Below, one piece after another: positions 39,244 to 48,474 of a stretch of 64,000 nt of DNA. The position numbers and the translations under genes were made by a program. The stretch is taken from positions 1-64,000 of IMG/VR virus record IMGVR_UViG_3300035698_034576. One strand, 5' to 3'. How positions within the stretch are numbered: position 1 is the stretch's first letter; every line of letters starts with the position of its first letter. The notes under the pieces are model-generated. The model saw only the letters and a program-made list of their open reading frames with translations, did no database searches and was not told where the DNA came from. The stretch is from a virus.

Positions 39244-40161
39244 ATGATTCAAAAAATTGAGTACCAAAGACAAAGCTCTTCCCAGATGCTAGAGCAGATC
39301 AGGAATACAACTGAAAACTTGCTTACTGGAGGGGTAAAAGTAAATGTTGATTCTTATTCAAACAATTCCTTCATTCCTTACTTGGTTGAAAAAAGAGTTT
39401 TGAAAAAATTAAAGACTTATTTGAAAGGCTTGGAATCACCATTCAAAACCATGAAAGGAAGAGAGATAAACCCTAAAAGCTACAAATGGAACATTCTTTT
39501 AGAGGTCAAAGTGGAAAGATTAAACACAACAGAGCTTCAAATGTTTCAAAATGAAGTAAATGAAAAAGGTTGCGAATGGGGTTTAAACTATCTTTTTGGT
39601 GGATTGAGAGAAAAGAATCATTTATGTCCAACAGAATCTAGAATATCAAGGGAGGTTCTAAATGATAATTTTTTAACCTGGAACGGAGTATCTTGTTTTT
39701 AATAAATTTAAAATTTTGTAACCATGGAAAATGTAATTGATGAAAAAGTGATAAAAATGTCAGAAGTGAATGACAAGTTTTATGAGAGAGAAAGAAAAAG
39801 AATTGCTAAAACGGGTAACTATCCTAAGTTCACTCAAAAGGAAATGTTTTTTAGAAAGGAAGAGAAAGACAGATATTCAATAGTGAACAGAATGTCCGAA
39901 AATGAATTGGAAGATTTGAAAGATGCTGTTGATGGTGATGGCATGTGGAATCTTTTGAGAAAAGAAGTAAAAGTGAGCAATCGTTGGAAAGACACAATCA
40001 AAGTTGAAGATGTTAAATCCAAGTTCGAGAATGAAACCCCTGGGTATGTCGGGAGAATGAGTGGAGATTTGATAGCACAGAAAAAGGGATCCATTACTCT
40101 GGGAGGAAAAGTTTACACAAGAGAGTTCACAAAAAGATATGATACTAGAGGCTTTTGGTAG
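39244..40161 (+). other. two early hypothetical CDSs (39244-39702, 39724-40161)
   Basis: Class I promoter near 39158, leader repeats, terminator at 40188. Confidence 0.75.
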
Positions 40162-40187
40162 AAAACTACATTAGAAGCCCATTTATT

Positions 40188-40216
40188 AAACCAGCCTATA
40201 AAGGCTGGTTTTTTTT
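40188..40216 (+). terminator. intrinsic terminator
   Basis: AAACCAGCCT / AGGCTGGTTT plus T run. Confidence 0.85.
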
Positions 40217-40275
40217 ATAGCTTGATAAATTTTGTTATATTTATTAAAAGTATTCTGAACTTACACTTTCAATAG

Positions 40276-41943
40276 ATGTTACAAAAAAATAAAAAATATT
40301 ATTCGTATGGGGTAAGTGGATCAAAAAACCGCCCCAAAGACCTTATATCCTCTTTTGAATCTATTGAAGAGGCTAGACAAATCCTTGATATAAAGGAGCA
40401 AAAGATTTTTCAAAAATCATTGACCTCTGATAACCCAGCAGATATTATCAAAGCAATGACAAGGCTAAACGATCCAACTCAATACAGCCCGTCAAATACC
40501 TTTAATAATACAAACGTACATGGAGGCAAGTCTTTACTGGTAGATCCTTATGGTCATCATTCAGCTAGTGGTTATCTCCAAAAAATCAGGCCTATAGATA
40601 ATGGCATTTTGCGCAATATGGCAAAATCTCCATTTGTTAAAGCTATTGTTGAAACAAGAATAGAGCAAGTAGCTTCCTTTGGATCTGTATCAGAAGATAA
40701 AGATGATATTGGATGGATGATAGTTAAGAGGAATGGTGAAAAAGTAGGGGATACCGATAGAGGGGAAATAGATAGAATTACTAAATTTGTTTCTGAAACA
40801 GGTGTTGATGAAAGTCGTTGGGTTAAAGATGATTTTGATAAGTTTCTTAGAAAAATAACTCAAGATACCCTTACTCTAGATGCATTGACATTTGAAATAG
40901 TAAGGACAAAAAATGATAAGCTTTACGAGTTTTTTGCAACGGACGCTGGCACATTTTATTTTGCTGATCCAAGGGAACTATTTTCCCAAAAAACTGAAAT
41001 AAATGGACACATGCCTTTGTATGTACAGGTTTTCCAGGGCCAAGTTATCAATAATTATTATCCATGGGAATTAGCTTATGGAATTAGAAACCCCACCTCT
41101 GATATTTATCAAAACGGGTATGGTAGGTCGGAACTGGAGGATTTAATAAATGTTGTCACTTGGCAATTGTATGGGATGCAATATACAGGTTCTTTCTTTT
41201 CAAGAGGATCTGCACCTAAAGGAATATTGAAGCTCTCTGGAAATGTGAATGAAAGAAGGTTAGCAGAATTTAAGCAACAATGGGCAGCACAAGTCCAAGG
41301 CATTAAAAATGCTTGGAAGACTCCGATTATGGAAGCAGATAAGATGGAGTGGGTTGATTTGCAACGAAACAACAGAGATATGGAATTCTCAAGCTGGATA
41401 GAATTCTTAACAAAGATTCTTTGTGGAGTTTATAAGATAGACCCTTCAGAAATAGGAATGCCAATGTCTGGTGGGGAAGGGGGAAAAAGTATGTTTTCTG
41501 ATGATACAAAGCAGAGGCAACTCTTTTCAAAAGAAAAAGGTTTGAAACCCCTATTGAAATTTATTGAGCAGAAAGTTGATAAATACATTGTTCAACAATT
41601 AAATCCTAACTATAAATTTATTTTTACCGGAGTTAACTTTAGTGATGCCAGTAAGGAGCTTGAGTCAGATATTAAAAAGGTTGGTAACTTTATGGGGTAT
41701 AAAGAGATTAGAAGAAAGCACAATCTTCCTGATGATATTGGTAAAGATGATTTGATTCTAAATCCTATCTTTATGCAGTCAAAAATGGCAGCACAGCAAG
41801 GAGGGAGCATGGGGGCAGAAGACCAATACAATGAAGAAGAATCTGGAGATTATAATTCTGACTGGATGAATGAGGGGGAAAATCCTTTTTTAAAATCTAT
41901 GAATGAAGCCACAGAAACGTTTATCCAAACACTGAAACCATGA
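40276..41943 (+). CDS. portal protein
   Basis: RNPTSD..NGYGRSELE, FFSRGSAPKGIL, W...G..NAWK.P, DMEF, IDPSEIG (SPO1/Twort-type). Confidence 0.92.
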   Translation: MLQKNKKYYSYGVSGSKNRPKDLISSFESIEEARQILDIKEQKIFQKSLTSDNPADIIKAMTRLNDPTQYSPSNTFNNTNVHGGKSLLVDPYGHHSASGYLQKIRPIDNGILRNMAKSPFVKAIVETRIEQVASFGSVSEDKDDIGWMIVKRNGEKVGDTDRGEIDRITKFVSETGVDESRWVKDDFDKFLRKITQDTLTLDALTFEIVRTKNDKLYEFFATDAGTFYFADPRELFSQKTEINGHMPLYVQVFQGQVINNYYPWELAYGIRNPTSDIYQNGYGRSELEDLINVVTWQLYGMQYTGSFFSRGSAPKGILKLSGNVNERRLAEFKQQWAAQVQGIKNAWKTPIMEADKMEWVDLQRNNRDMEFSSWIEFLTKILCGVYKIDPSEIGMPMSGGEGGKSMFSDDTKQRQLFSKEKGLKPLLKFIEQKVDKYIVQQLNPNYKFIFTGVNFSDASKELESDIKKVGNFMGYKEIRRKHNLPDDIGKDDLILNPIFMQSKMAAQQGGSMGAEDQYNEEESGDYNSDWMNEGENPFLKSMNEATETFIQTLKP

Positions 41944-42479
41944 GAGAAAATATACTAAGGTCCTTTAAAGAGTATGACTTAATGAAAGGAAAGAAAACCG
42001 GAATATATACAAACACTCCTGAAAACAGAAAAAAGGGTAGAGTTGGTCAAAAATATTCTAAAGAAGATGAAAAAGAAGAAAGTCCAATAACTGTAGAGGT
42101 AGATGATGAAAGAACTATTTATCATTATGGAAATAAAGGCTCTTTAATTATGACAGAAACAACTCCAGAATACGAATTTAAAGATGATATAACAGAGGAG
42201 AAAATGAATGAGCTAGGATTGGAGGAAGATGATTTTATTTTCAAAATTGAACATATTGAGATTAATGACCAAGAAAAAGGTAAGGGTTTTGCAAAAAAAT
42301 TGATGCAAAGGGCTATGAAGGACTTTAGTTCAAAAACTATTTATCTTAATGCATCTCCTATGGGATTTAAAGGATTGGATCTTGATGATTTAACAAAATT
42401 TTATGAATCCTTTGGTTTTTCTGTTTTTAAAAATGATAGCAATAACAACTTAATGATAAAACAAAATGGATCACATTAG
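41940..42479 (+). CDS. tagged GNAT acetyltransferase
   Basis: Tag plus IEI...KGKGFAKKLM...IYLNASP...LTKFYESFGF. Confidence 0.8.
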   Translation: MRENILRSFKEYDLMKGKKTGIYTNTPENRKKGRVGQKYSKEDEKEESPITVEVDDERTIYHYGNKGSLIMTETTPEYEFKDDITEEKMNELGLEEDDFIFKIEHIEINDQEKGKGFAKKLMQRAMKDFSSKTIYLNASPMGFKGLDLDDLTKFYESFGFSVFKNDSNNNLMIKQNGSH

Positions 42480-42873
42480 ATTAAACATTCTAAAGTCCTT
42501 TGGCATTGACATTGAAAAAGGTGGAAAGAAGACGGGGATTTATACTGACACTTACGAAAATAGAAAAAAGGGAATAGTAGGCCAAAAATATTCTAAGGAT
42601 GAAATCGCAAAGGAGAATACCTACTTCAATACGTATGGAGAGGCAATTAGCTATGCCTATGAGCAAGCATTTAAGAAATTTAAAGTAGATGAGGACGATT
42701 GGTTTATGGCAATGTCTACTGGAGGAAAGCCTTCTCGTAATAAAACAAAGAGTGGAATTATAGCCCTTTATGACAAGGAGACTGGGAAAGAGTCTAAAAA
42801 AGCTTTGTCTATTCAGGTTTACAACATGGACAGGGATAAAAAATCATTTGAACTAAATTGGTACATAAGCTAG
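42466..42873 (+). CDS. tagged putative head-packaged protein
   Basis: ILKSFGIDIEKGGKKTGIYTDTYENRKKGIVGQKY. Confidence 0.75.
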   Translation: MDHIRLNILKSFGIDIEKGGKKTGIYTDTYENRKKGIVGQKYSKDEIAKENTYFNTYGEAISYAYEQAFKKFKVDEDDWFMAMSTGGKPSRNKTKSGIIALYDKETGKESKKALSIQVYNMDRDKKSFELNWYIS

Positions 42874-42877
42874 TAGC

Positions 42878-43749
42878 ATGAGGACAGGATTAACAATAGA
42901 GCTATTAAAATCAAATTTTAAGGAAGTTGAGGAAAAGTATAGGGGAACCTTAAAAATGAAGGAAGATCCAAAAGAATCTATTTTTTTTGATTGTAAATCA
43001 GATGGTCCAGAGAAAATAAAGGTTTTGGAAGCTATCCGTTTTTTTGAAGATAAAATTAAAAAGCAAGGTCTTGAGATTAATTCTAAAGATAAAAAATATT
43101 TGAATAGTCTAAAAGATCTTTATAAGGAAATGAAAGGAGATCAGCCTTAATGCAAATAATAAAGGATATAGCAAAATCATTTAATAAATCTAATTCCTCA
43201 ATAGAGAAGGTTTCTTTAATGAGGAAGTCTGGAGTAAAAAATGGTAGAGATTTATCTAGAATAAGCGGTATTCCTATTAGTCAATTTATAAGACTGGGAA
43301 TAGAGGATGGTGCATCAAAAGAGAAGATAAATGATTTAGCAGGTGCAAAATTAGGCTCTGAAGAAATTCATTTTTACGAAATAGTAGGAGCCCTTTTATC
43401 TCTTGATCTTCTTAAAAAACTAATTATTGTAAGTGAACTTGACTTTGCAGAAACTTTACTAATGGGTAGCTCTATCTCTTATGATAAAGAAAATGATGTG
43501 TTAAAGAGTAAAAACATCACTGTAGACATTAGAAGCAGCTTGCCTGGGGACATTAATTTAGATATTGATACATTACTGCTTAAACCTAACATAGGAGGTT
43601 ATTTAGCTAAAAATACCCTCCTGATAAAAGCTATAGAGGATTTATCTATAAATCAACTAGACATATTGTACAAGGGAATTACTGAAAGGAACCCTAACCA
43701 TAGTTTGCTAAGTGAAATAATATTAACTATTCAAAAAAAATTACAGTAA
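42878..43749 (+). other. two hypothetical CDSs (42878-43150, 43150-43749)
   Basis: Coupled ORFs, both with an early (L/I)xKS motif. Confidence 0.7.
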
Positions 43750-43750
43750 A

Positions 43751-44260
43751 ATGAATACAGAATATATCCAAGATTATAAAAATAATATATCAAAAAACAT
43801 ATTTAATAGTTTTGATATATTAAAAGCTTTTGCCCCGGAGGGCTCTCGTAAACAAACCAAAAGAGGAGAGTGGTATGTAAAACAAGGAGGTAAATGGGTT
43901 TATGAGAAAAAAGGAGGGAGAGCCTCTAAAGAAACCGAAGATACTAGTTCACAAGAGGGAGGATCGTCCGAGGGAAATATAAAATCTAAATCAAGCCGAA
44001 ATATGGGCTTTTTAAGAGAACTTTCTGACAGTGAGTTTAAAAATTTAGGCATGATTGGTTTTGATAAAATATCAAGATATAAAGCTGTTTATGCAAAAGC
44101 CGCTCATGAGATAATGGAGGAGGGCATAAGGCTTGGATATGTTGAGAAAAAAGATTATGGAAAAGGAAAGGGTAAATACACAACAACAGAGGCTTCAGGC
44201 AAAATGTCCCTATCTTTGATAATTCAGAAAATAAAGGATAATGAGTCTATTAAAGATTAG
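43751..44260 (+). CDS. putative head-packaged protein with second tag type
   Basis: FDILKAFAPEGSRKQTKRGEWYVKQGGKW. Confidence 0.65.
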   Translation: MNTEYIQDYKNNISKNIFNSFDILKAFAPEGSRKQTKRGEWYVKQGGKWVYEKKGGRASKETEDTSSQEGGSSEGNIKSKSSRNMGFLRELSDSEFKNLGMIGFDKISRYKAVYAKAAHEIMEEGIRLGYVEKKDYGKGKGKYTTTEASGKMSLSLIIQKIKDNESIKD

Positions 44261-44277
44261 TTCAAAAATAAGCGAAT

Positions 44278-45666
44278 ATGGAATTTGAAAGAATAGACAA
44301 ACAGGAAACTGCCCTTTTTAATCTAGAAAAATCTAGAAAAACAGGCTATTATAAAGATAATCGCGAAAATCGTCTAAAAAATAGAGTAGGTCAGAAATAT
44401 ACCATAGATGTAACTGACGAAAAAGATCTTGGAAAAGTACAACGCCAACTAGAAGAAGCCCGTAACAGAAAAGATATTTACAATCCTTCAGAAGAAAATG
44501 ACCAGGAGATAGAGAGGCAATTTTTGGAAAATTTCGAAAAATTCGCTAAAGAAGATGCTGAGTGGCTTAAAGAAAATCCAATGGGGTCTCGCACAAGAGA
44601 TTGGAGAAGGAACGATGAAATTATCAGAGCAAATCTTTTATTAGAAGAGGCAGAAGCTTCTAAACAAATTTCTTTAGAAACTGACCAAGATAAAGAGGCT
44701 TTTATACATGCTTCTCAGGTTACAAGAGCAGAGAGCCAATTTTTTATGGGAGAACTTATTGATAAAATTAAGCTCAATCCTGAAAACTCAACTTTCAAGG
44801 AAGAATTGGTTTGGCTAACAACTAAAGATCATGAGAGAGTCAGAAGATTCAATATCTTAGCTAGGGAAAACAATATAACTCAATTAGAACCCTTTAGATT
44901 TGTAAAAGAGACCAATAAACCTGTGCTTGTCTGGGATTCAGAAGAGAAGTATTCTTCATTAACAAATAAAGGACCAAAAGTTAATAAAGAGAATCTTAAA
45001 AGATCAACATATAAGGATTCTTTAGGGGCTTTTGAAGCGTGGGAAACCGAAGGCAGTAAATTAAGTTTTCCTTGGGAGTCTGCCAAAATAGGAGGTTCTG
45101 TTTCATATAATGTTGATGAAGCTAGTGAAGCTATTAGAGATTATCTGAGTAGGCTCCCTATTTTAGAGGTTGATCCTTGGGATGTTGAAGTGTTTTTAAA
45201 ATCTCCTCATGATTTTATAAAAGAAAAAGGCCATTTTAATCTAATAGATAGTGAAGACAAAATTTTTGGAAGTATAATTATATCCACAAAAGAAAAAGAT
45301 TTTTTATTCCTCAGAAAAATTAACGATCACTATGTAAAGGACAGTTCTAAGAAAAAGACTAGCATAGGTAAGTCTTATGTTGTAAAATTATTACCTATAC
45401 TTAATCCTATTTCAGGACTTAATTATAAGCATCCAATATCAGAGTTGCCTTTAATTGTTGTTCCAGAAGTGGCTACAATATCTGAAAGTAGATTGGATAG
45501 AGCTAAAAGAAAAATTAGAGAATATGATTTAGATGAATTGTCTAGGCTTATTGAGGAAGAGGAAGCTTTGCCAAAATATAAGCAAGATAAAGATGATCTT
45601 GACCTTTTATATTTTAAAAGGACTAAATATTTTGAATTTAAAAGGGAAATCGAAAAATATACATAA
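44278..45666 (+). CDS. tagged putative head-packaged protein
   Basis: LEKSRKTGYYKDNRENRLKNRVGQKY. Confidence 0.75.
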   Translation: MEFERIDKQETALFNLEKSRKTGYYKDNRENRLKNRVGQKYTIDVTDEKDLGKVQRQLEEARNRKDIYNPSEENDQEIERQFLENFEKFAKEDAEWLKENPMGSRTRDWRRNDEIIRANLLLEEAEASKQISLETDQDKEAFIHASQVTRAESQFFMGELIDKIKLNPENSTFKEELVWLTTKDHERVRRFNILARENNITQLEPFRFVKETNKPVLVWDSEEKYSSLTNKGPKVNKENLKRSTYKDSLGAFEAWETEGSKLSFPWESAKIGGSVSYNVDEASEAIRDYLSRLPILEVDPWDVEVFLKSPHDFIKEKGHFNLIDSEDKIFGSIIISTKEKDFLFLRKINDHYVKDSSKKKTSIGKSYVVKLLPILNPISGLNYKHPISELPLIVVPEVATISESRLDRAKRKIREYDLDELSRLIEEEEALPKYKQDKDDLDLLYFKRTKYFEFKREIEKYT

Positions 45667-45667
45667 A

Positions 45668-48244
45668 ATGAAAACTGATTTAATTAGTAAGAGCAAAGGA
45701 CTGGGAATAGCTAGATCATTTGAAAATGATATTGAGAAGGCTAAAGCTTTCCCTCCAGGGACAATTAAAAATTATAATGGCAAGAGATATATTAAAGTAT
45801 CAGATGCAAAAGGTTTGGAATGGAAAGACCAATGGAAAATGATCCATAGTAAAAAACAAATAGAGGAAACTCTTGAAGAGTTTGGTAATGTTCCTGGACT
45901 CTCTGGTAAACTTTCTGGATTGCCTGCTGATGCTGAATCAAAACCAAGCGCTCCCTCTGTTGAAAAAAAGGAAACCTCAGGAAATGATTCAAGTAATGAT
46001 CCAGTTATAGGCACTTTAAATAAGGTATCTACATCAAAAGATCATTCTCCTTTGACGAGACTTGAAAATATGTACAGCTATGGGTTGGAAGATCCAATGA
46101 CTTTAGCTACATTTTCTGGAGCCCATTATTCTGAAGTTCAGAAATTTTTAGCAAATAAAAAAGAAACTGAAATTAAATCTGCTTTTACAGAAGTTGAAAA
46201 AGAAAGGATTGCCGCAGCGACAAGAAAGAAAAGACTTTCTCTTTATGCGGAACTAGCTGGCATTTCTGTTCATGATAGATGGAGAACGTATGATACCATT
46301 CTTGAAAACACTATGGAGGGCAAGTTCAAATCTATGATTGCATTTGGATCAGGTGGAGTAGGAAAAGCTCAGCCTTTGTACAGTAAGGTATTAACTCCTG
46401 AAGGCTTTGTAAAAATGGGGGAATTAAAAGTTGGAGATGAAGTTGTAACTCCTAAAGGGAGTTTATCTAAAATCTCAGATATTTATCCACAAGGCAAACG
46501 GGCTGTTTATGAATTAACCATGGAGGATAACACTAAAATTAGATCTGATGTGGAACATTTATGGAAAGTTCTAGACACAGAGGATGATTTTAGTGAAAAA
46601 GTATTATCCCTGGAAGACATAGTGGAAAAAGGCTTAAAAACTGAAAATGGCTGGAGATTTGGAATTCCATTTATTGATAAGCCTTTTGGAGCTCCAAAAA
46701 ATATTGATTTGCCGGTTAACCCTTGGCTTATTGGATGGCTACTTGGAAATGGTTGCTTTTCAAACAATCTTTCCTTTGATATTAATCCATTAGATAAAGA
46801 ATTCCTTTTAAGCAAAATTGAAGAGTATCTTCCAAAAAATTTAAAGATCTCTAAGAAAATAAGCCCCACCAAGTTCAGTATCATTGGGAATGATAAATTA
46901 GATGAAAAAGAATTAGAGCTAGCAATCAATCAGCTGTCCCTGCCTGAAAGAGAAAACTGTTCTGCATTTATTCCTGGGGTATACAAAAGATCTTCTGTTG
47001 AACAGAAGCTCCATATTATACAGGGCTTAATGGATTCAGCTGGATATATAGATCAAGCTGGAATGCTAAAATTTTCCTCTCCATATAAGATATTGGCTCA
47101 GGATTTTTATGATTTAGTTAAATCATTTGGAAGAATGGCTTATATTGAAGAAAAGACCGTATCATTTTTTGGAACTGATTCAAGAGAAAATTGGATAGTA
47201 TCTTTTGATTTAGGAGAAGGGTACCTTCCTTATTCCTCCCCGGCAAGATCTAATGAATACCGTCCTAAGGATAAAGAAGGATCCATGCCAATAGTGGATA
47301 TTTCGTTTATAGCCATAGAAGACACCCAATGTATTTCAATAGAAGATGCAGATAAAATGTATATCACAGATGGTTACATTCAAACCCATAATACATGGAA
47401 CATGCAATTAGCAACTAAGAAATTTGTTGTTAATAGGGAAACAGGAATTATTATGAGAAAAGAGGATTTCAAGAAAACTTTTGGTCCAGATGCTACTTGG
47501 GATGATTCTCACATTAAAACAGTTCCAAAAAATGATTACCGGGAACTGCGCCAGTTTGATCCTACAAAAAAGTTTAGTGCTTCAGATTACGAATATGTAG
47601 TTATAGGGGGTTCAATATCCCCAGTTATGACATATTCAAGTATCTATCAACATAACAAGAAGATTATTGTTTTTGATGATATTGATAAGATCCTTAAGAA
47701 TAGAGAGGGGCTTGATGTTCTTAAAGGGGCTTTGGATGGAGAAATAAAAGATATTTCATGGGGTACTTCAACAACTCCTAAGGATATGCTAGGAGTTGAT
47801 GTTCCTAAAACCTTTAAGTTTGAAGGCAGGGCTATATTTATAACCAACCTAACCAATGAACAACTTAAGACTCCAGAGCTACAACCTATCACTCAGTCTA
47901 GAGCTGAGCCTGTGGATTTAACAATGACAAAAGAGGAAACTATTCAAAAGCTACAGACTTTGGTTAAGACTATGGAAGTTAAAGATGCGGCTGGAGAGGT
48001 TATTGATGCTTCCCCTGAGGACAAGCAACAGGCCTTAGACTATATGATTGAAATGAAGGATATAATTCATGCAGGATACTTCAATGCTAGAAAGCTAGGA
48101 GCGCTAACAAAACTTCTTAAGATTTCCAAAAATGATACCGAACTGTTTAGAAAAATGGCTTCATCTTCTCTACAGGTCCCTACAGGCGAGCAAATACCTG
48201 AGGATTGGATTTTCAATTATGACGATGATGAAGGAATAGTTTAA
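45668..48244 (+). CDS. P-loop (AAA-like) ATPase with class 3 intein
   Basis: Walker A GSGGVGK|T, Walker B IVFDD, IFITN; N-terminal IEKAKAFPPGT. Confidence 0.85.
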   Translation: MKTDLISKSKGLGIARSFENDIEKAKAFPPGTIKNYNGKRYIKVSDAKGLEWKDQWKMIHSKKQIEETLEEFGNVPGLSGKLSGLPADAESKPSAPSVEKKETSGNDSSNDPVIGTLNKVSTSKDHSPLTRLENMYSYGLEDPMTLATFSGAHYSEVQKFLANKKETEIKSAFTEVEKERIAAATRKKRLSLYAELAGISVHDRWRTYDTILENTMEGKFKSMIAFGSGGVGKAQPLYSKVLTPEGFVKMGELKVGDEVVTPKGSLSKISDIYPQGKRAVYELTMEDNTKIRSDVEHLWKVLDTEDDFSEKVLSLEDIVEKGLKTENGWRFGIPFIDKPFGAPKNIDLPVNPWLIGWLLGNGCFSNNLSFDINPLDKEFLLSKIEEYLPKNLKISKKISPTKFSIIGNDKLDEKELELAINQLSLPERENCSAFIPGVYKRSSVEQKLHIIQGLMDSAGYIDQAGMLKFSSPYKILAQDFYDLVKSFGRMAYIEEKTVSFFGTDSRENWIVSFDLGEGYLPYSSPARSNEYRPKDKEGSMPIVDISFIAIEDTQCISIEDADKMYITDGYIQTHNTWNMQLATKKFVVNRETGIIMRKEDFKKTFGPDATWDDSHIKTVPKNDYRELRQFDPTKKFSASDYEYVVIGGSISPVMTYSSIYQHNKKIIVFDDIDKILKNREGLDVLKGALDGEIKDISWGTSTTPKDMLGVDVPKTFKFEGRAIFITNLTNEQLKTPELQPITQSRAEPVDLTMTKEETIQKLQTLVKTMEVKDAAGEVIDASPEDKQQALDYMIEMKDIIHAGYFNARKLGALTKLLKISKNDTELFRKMASSSLQVPTGEQIPEDWIFNYDDDEGIV
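46367..47392 (+). mobile_element. class 3 intein (342 aa) with LAGLIDADG endonuclease
   Basis: Starts AQP; EHLW, TQCISI, QTHN give the WCT triad; GWLLGNG and GLMDSAG. Confidence 0.9.
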
Positions 48245-48264
48245 ACTAATTAAAAATTAAGCAA

Positions 48265-48432
48265 ATGACATCAAAAGAAGATTTTAAAAATCAATACAGA
48301 AATAGTTCCATTGAGGCTTTGGACAGCATTATTGCTGGGATGCTTGCTAGCAAATCCGACAGCAATTTGTTATATGCCCTTACAGAGTTAGTTGATGAAA
48401 AGTTAGAAGAAGAAAGACTGATTTCTTCTTGA
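48265..48432 (+). CDS. 55-aa ORF in frame with the downstream peptidase
   Basis: MTSKEDFK...ERLISS*; separated from 48475 by two TGAs. Confidence 0.55.
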   Translation: MTSKEDFKNQYRNSSIEALDSIIAGMLASKSDSNLLYALTELVDEKLEEERLISS

Positions 48433-48474
48433 CGATTCAGAGCTAATTGACGATTAATCTTAAAACACAATCTA

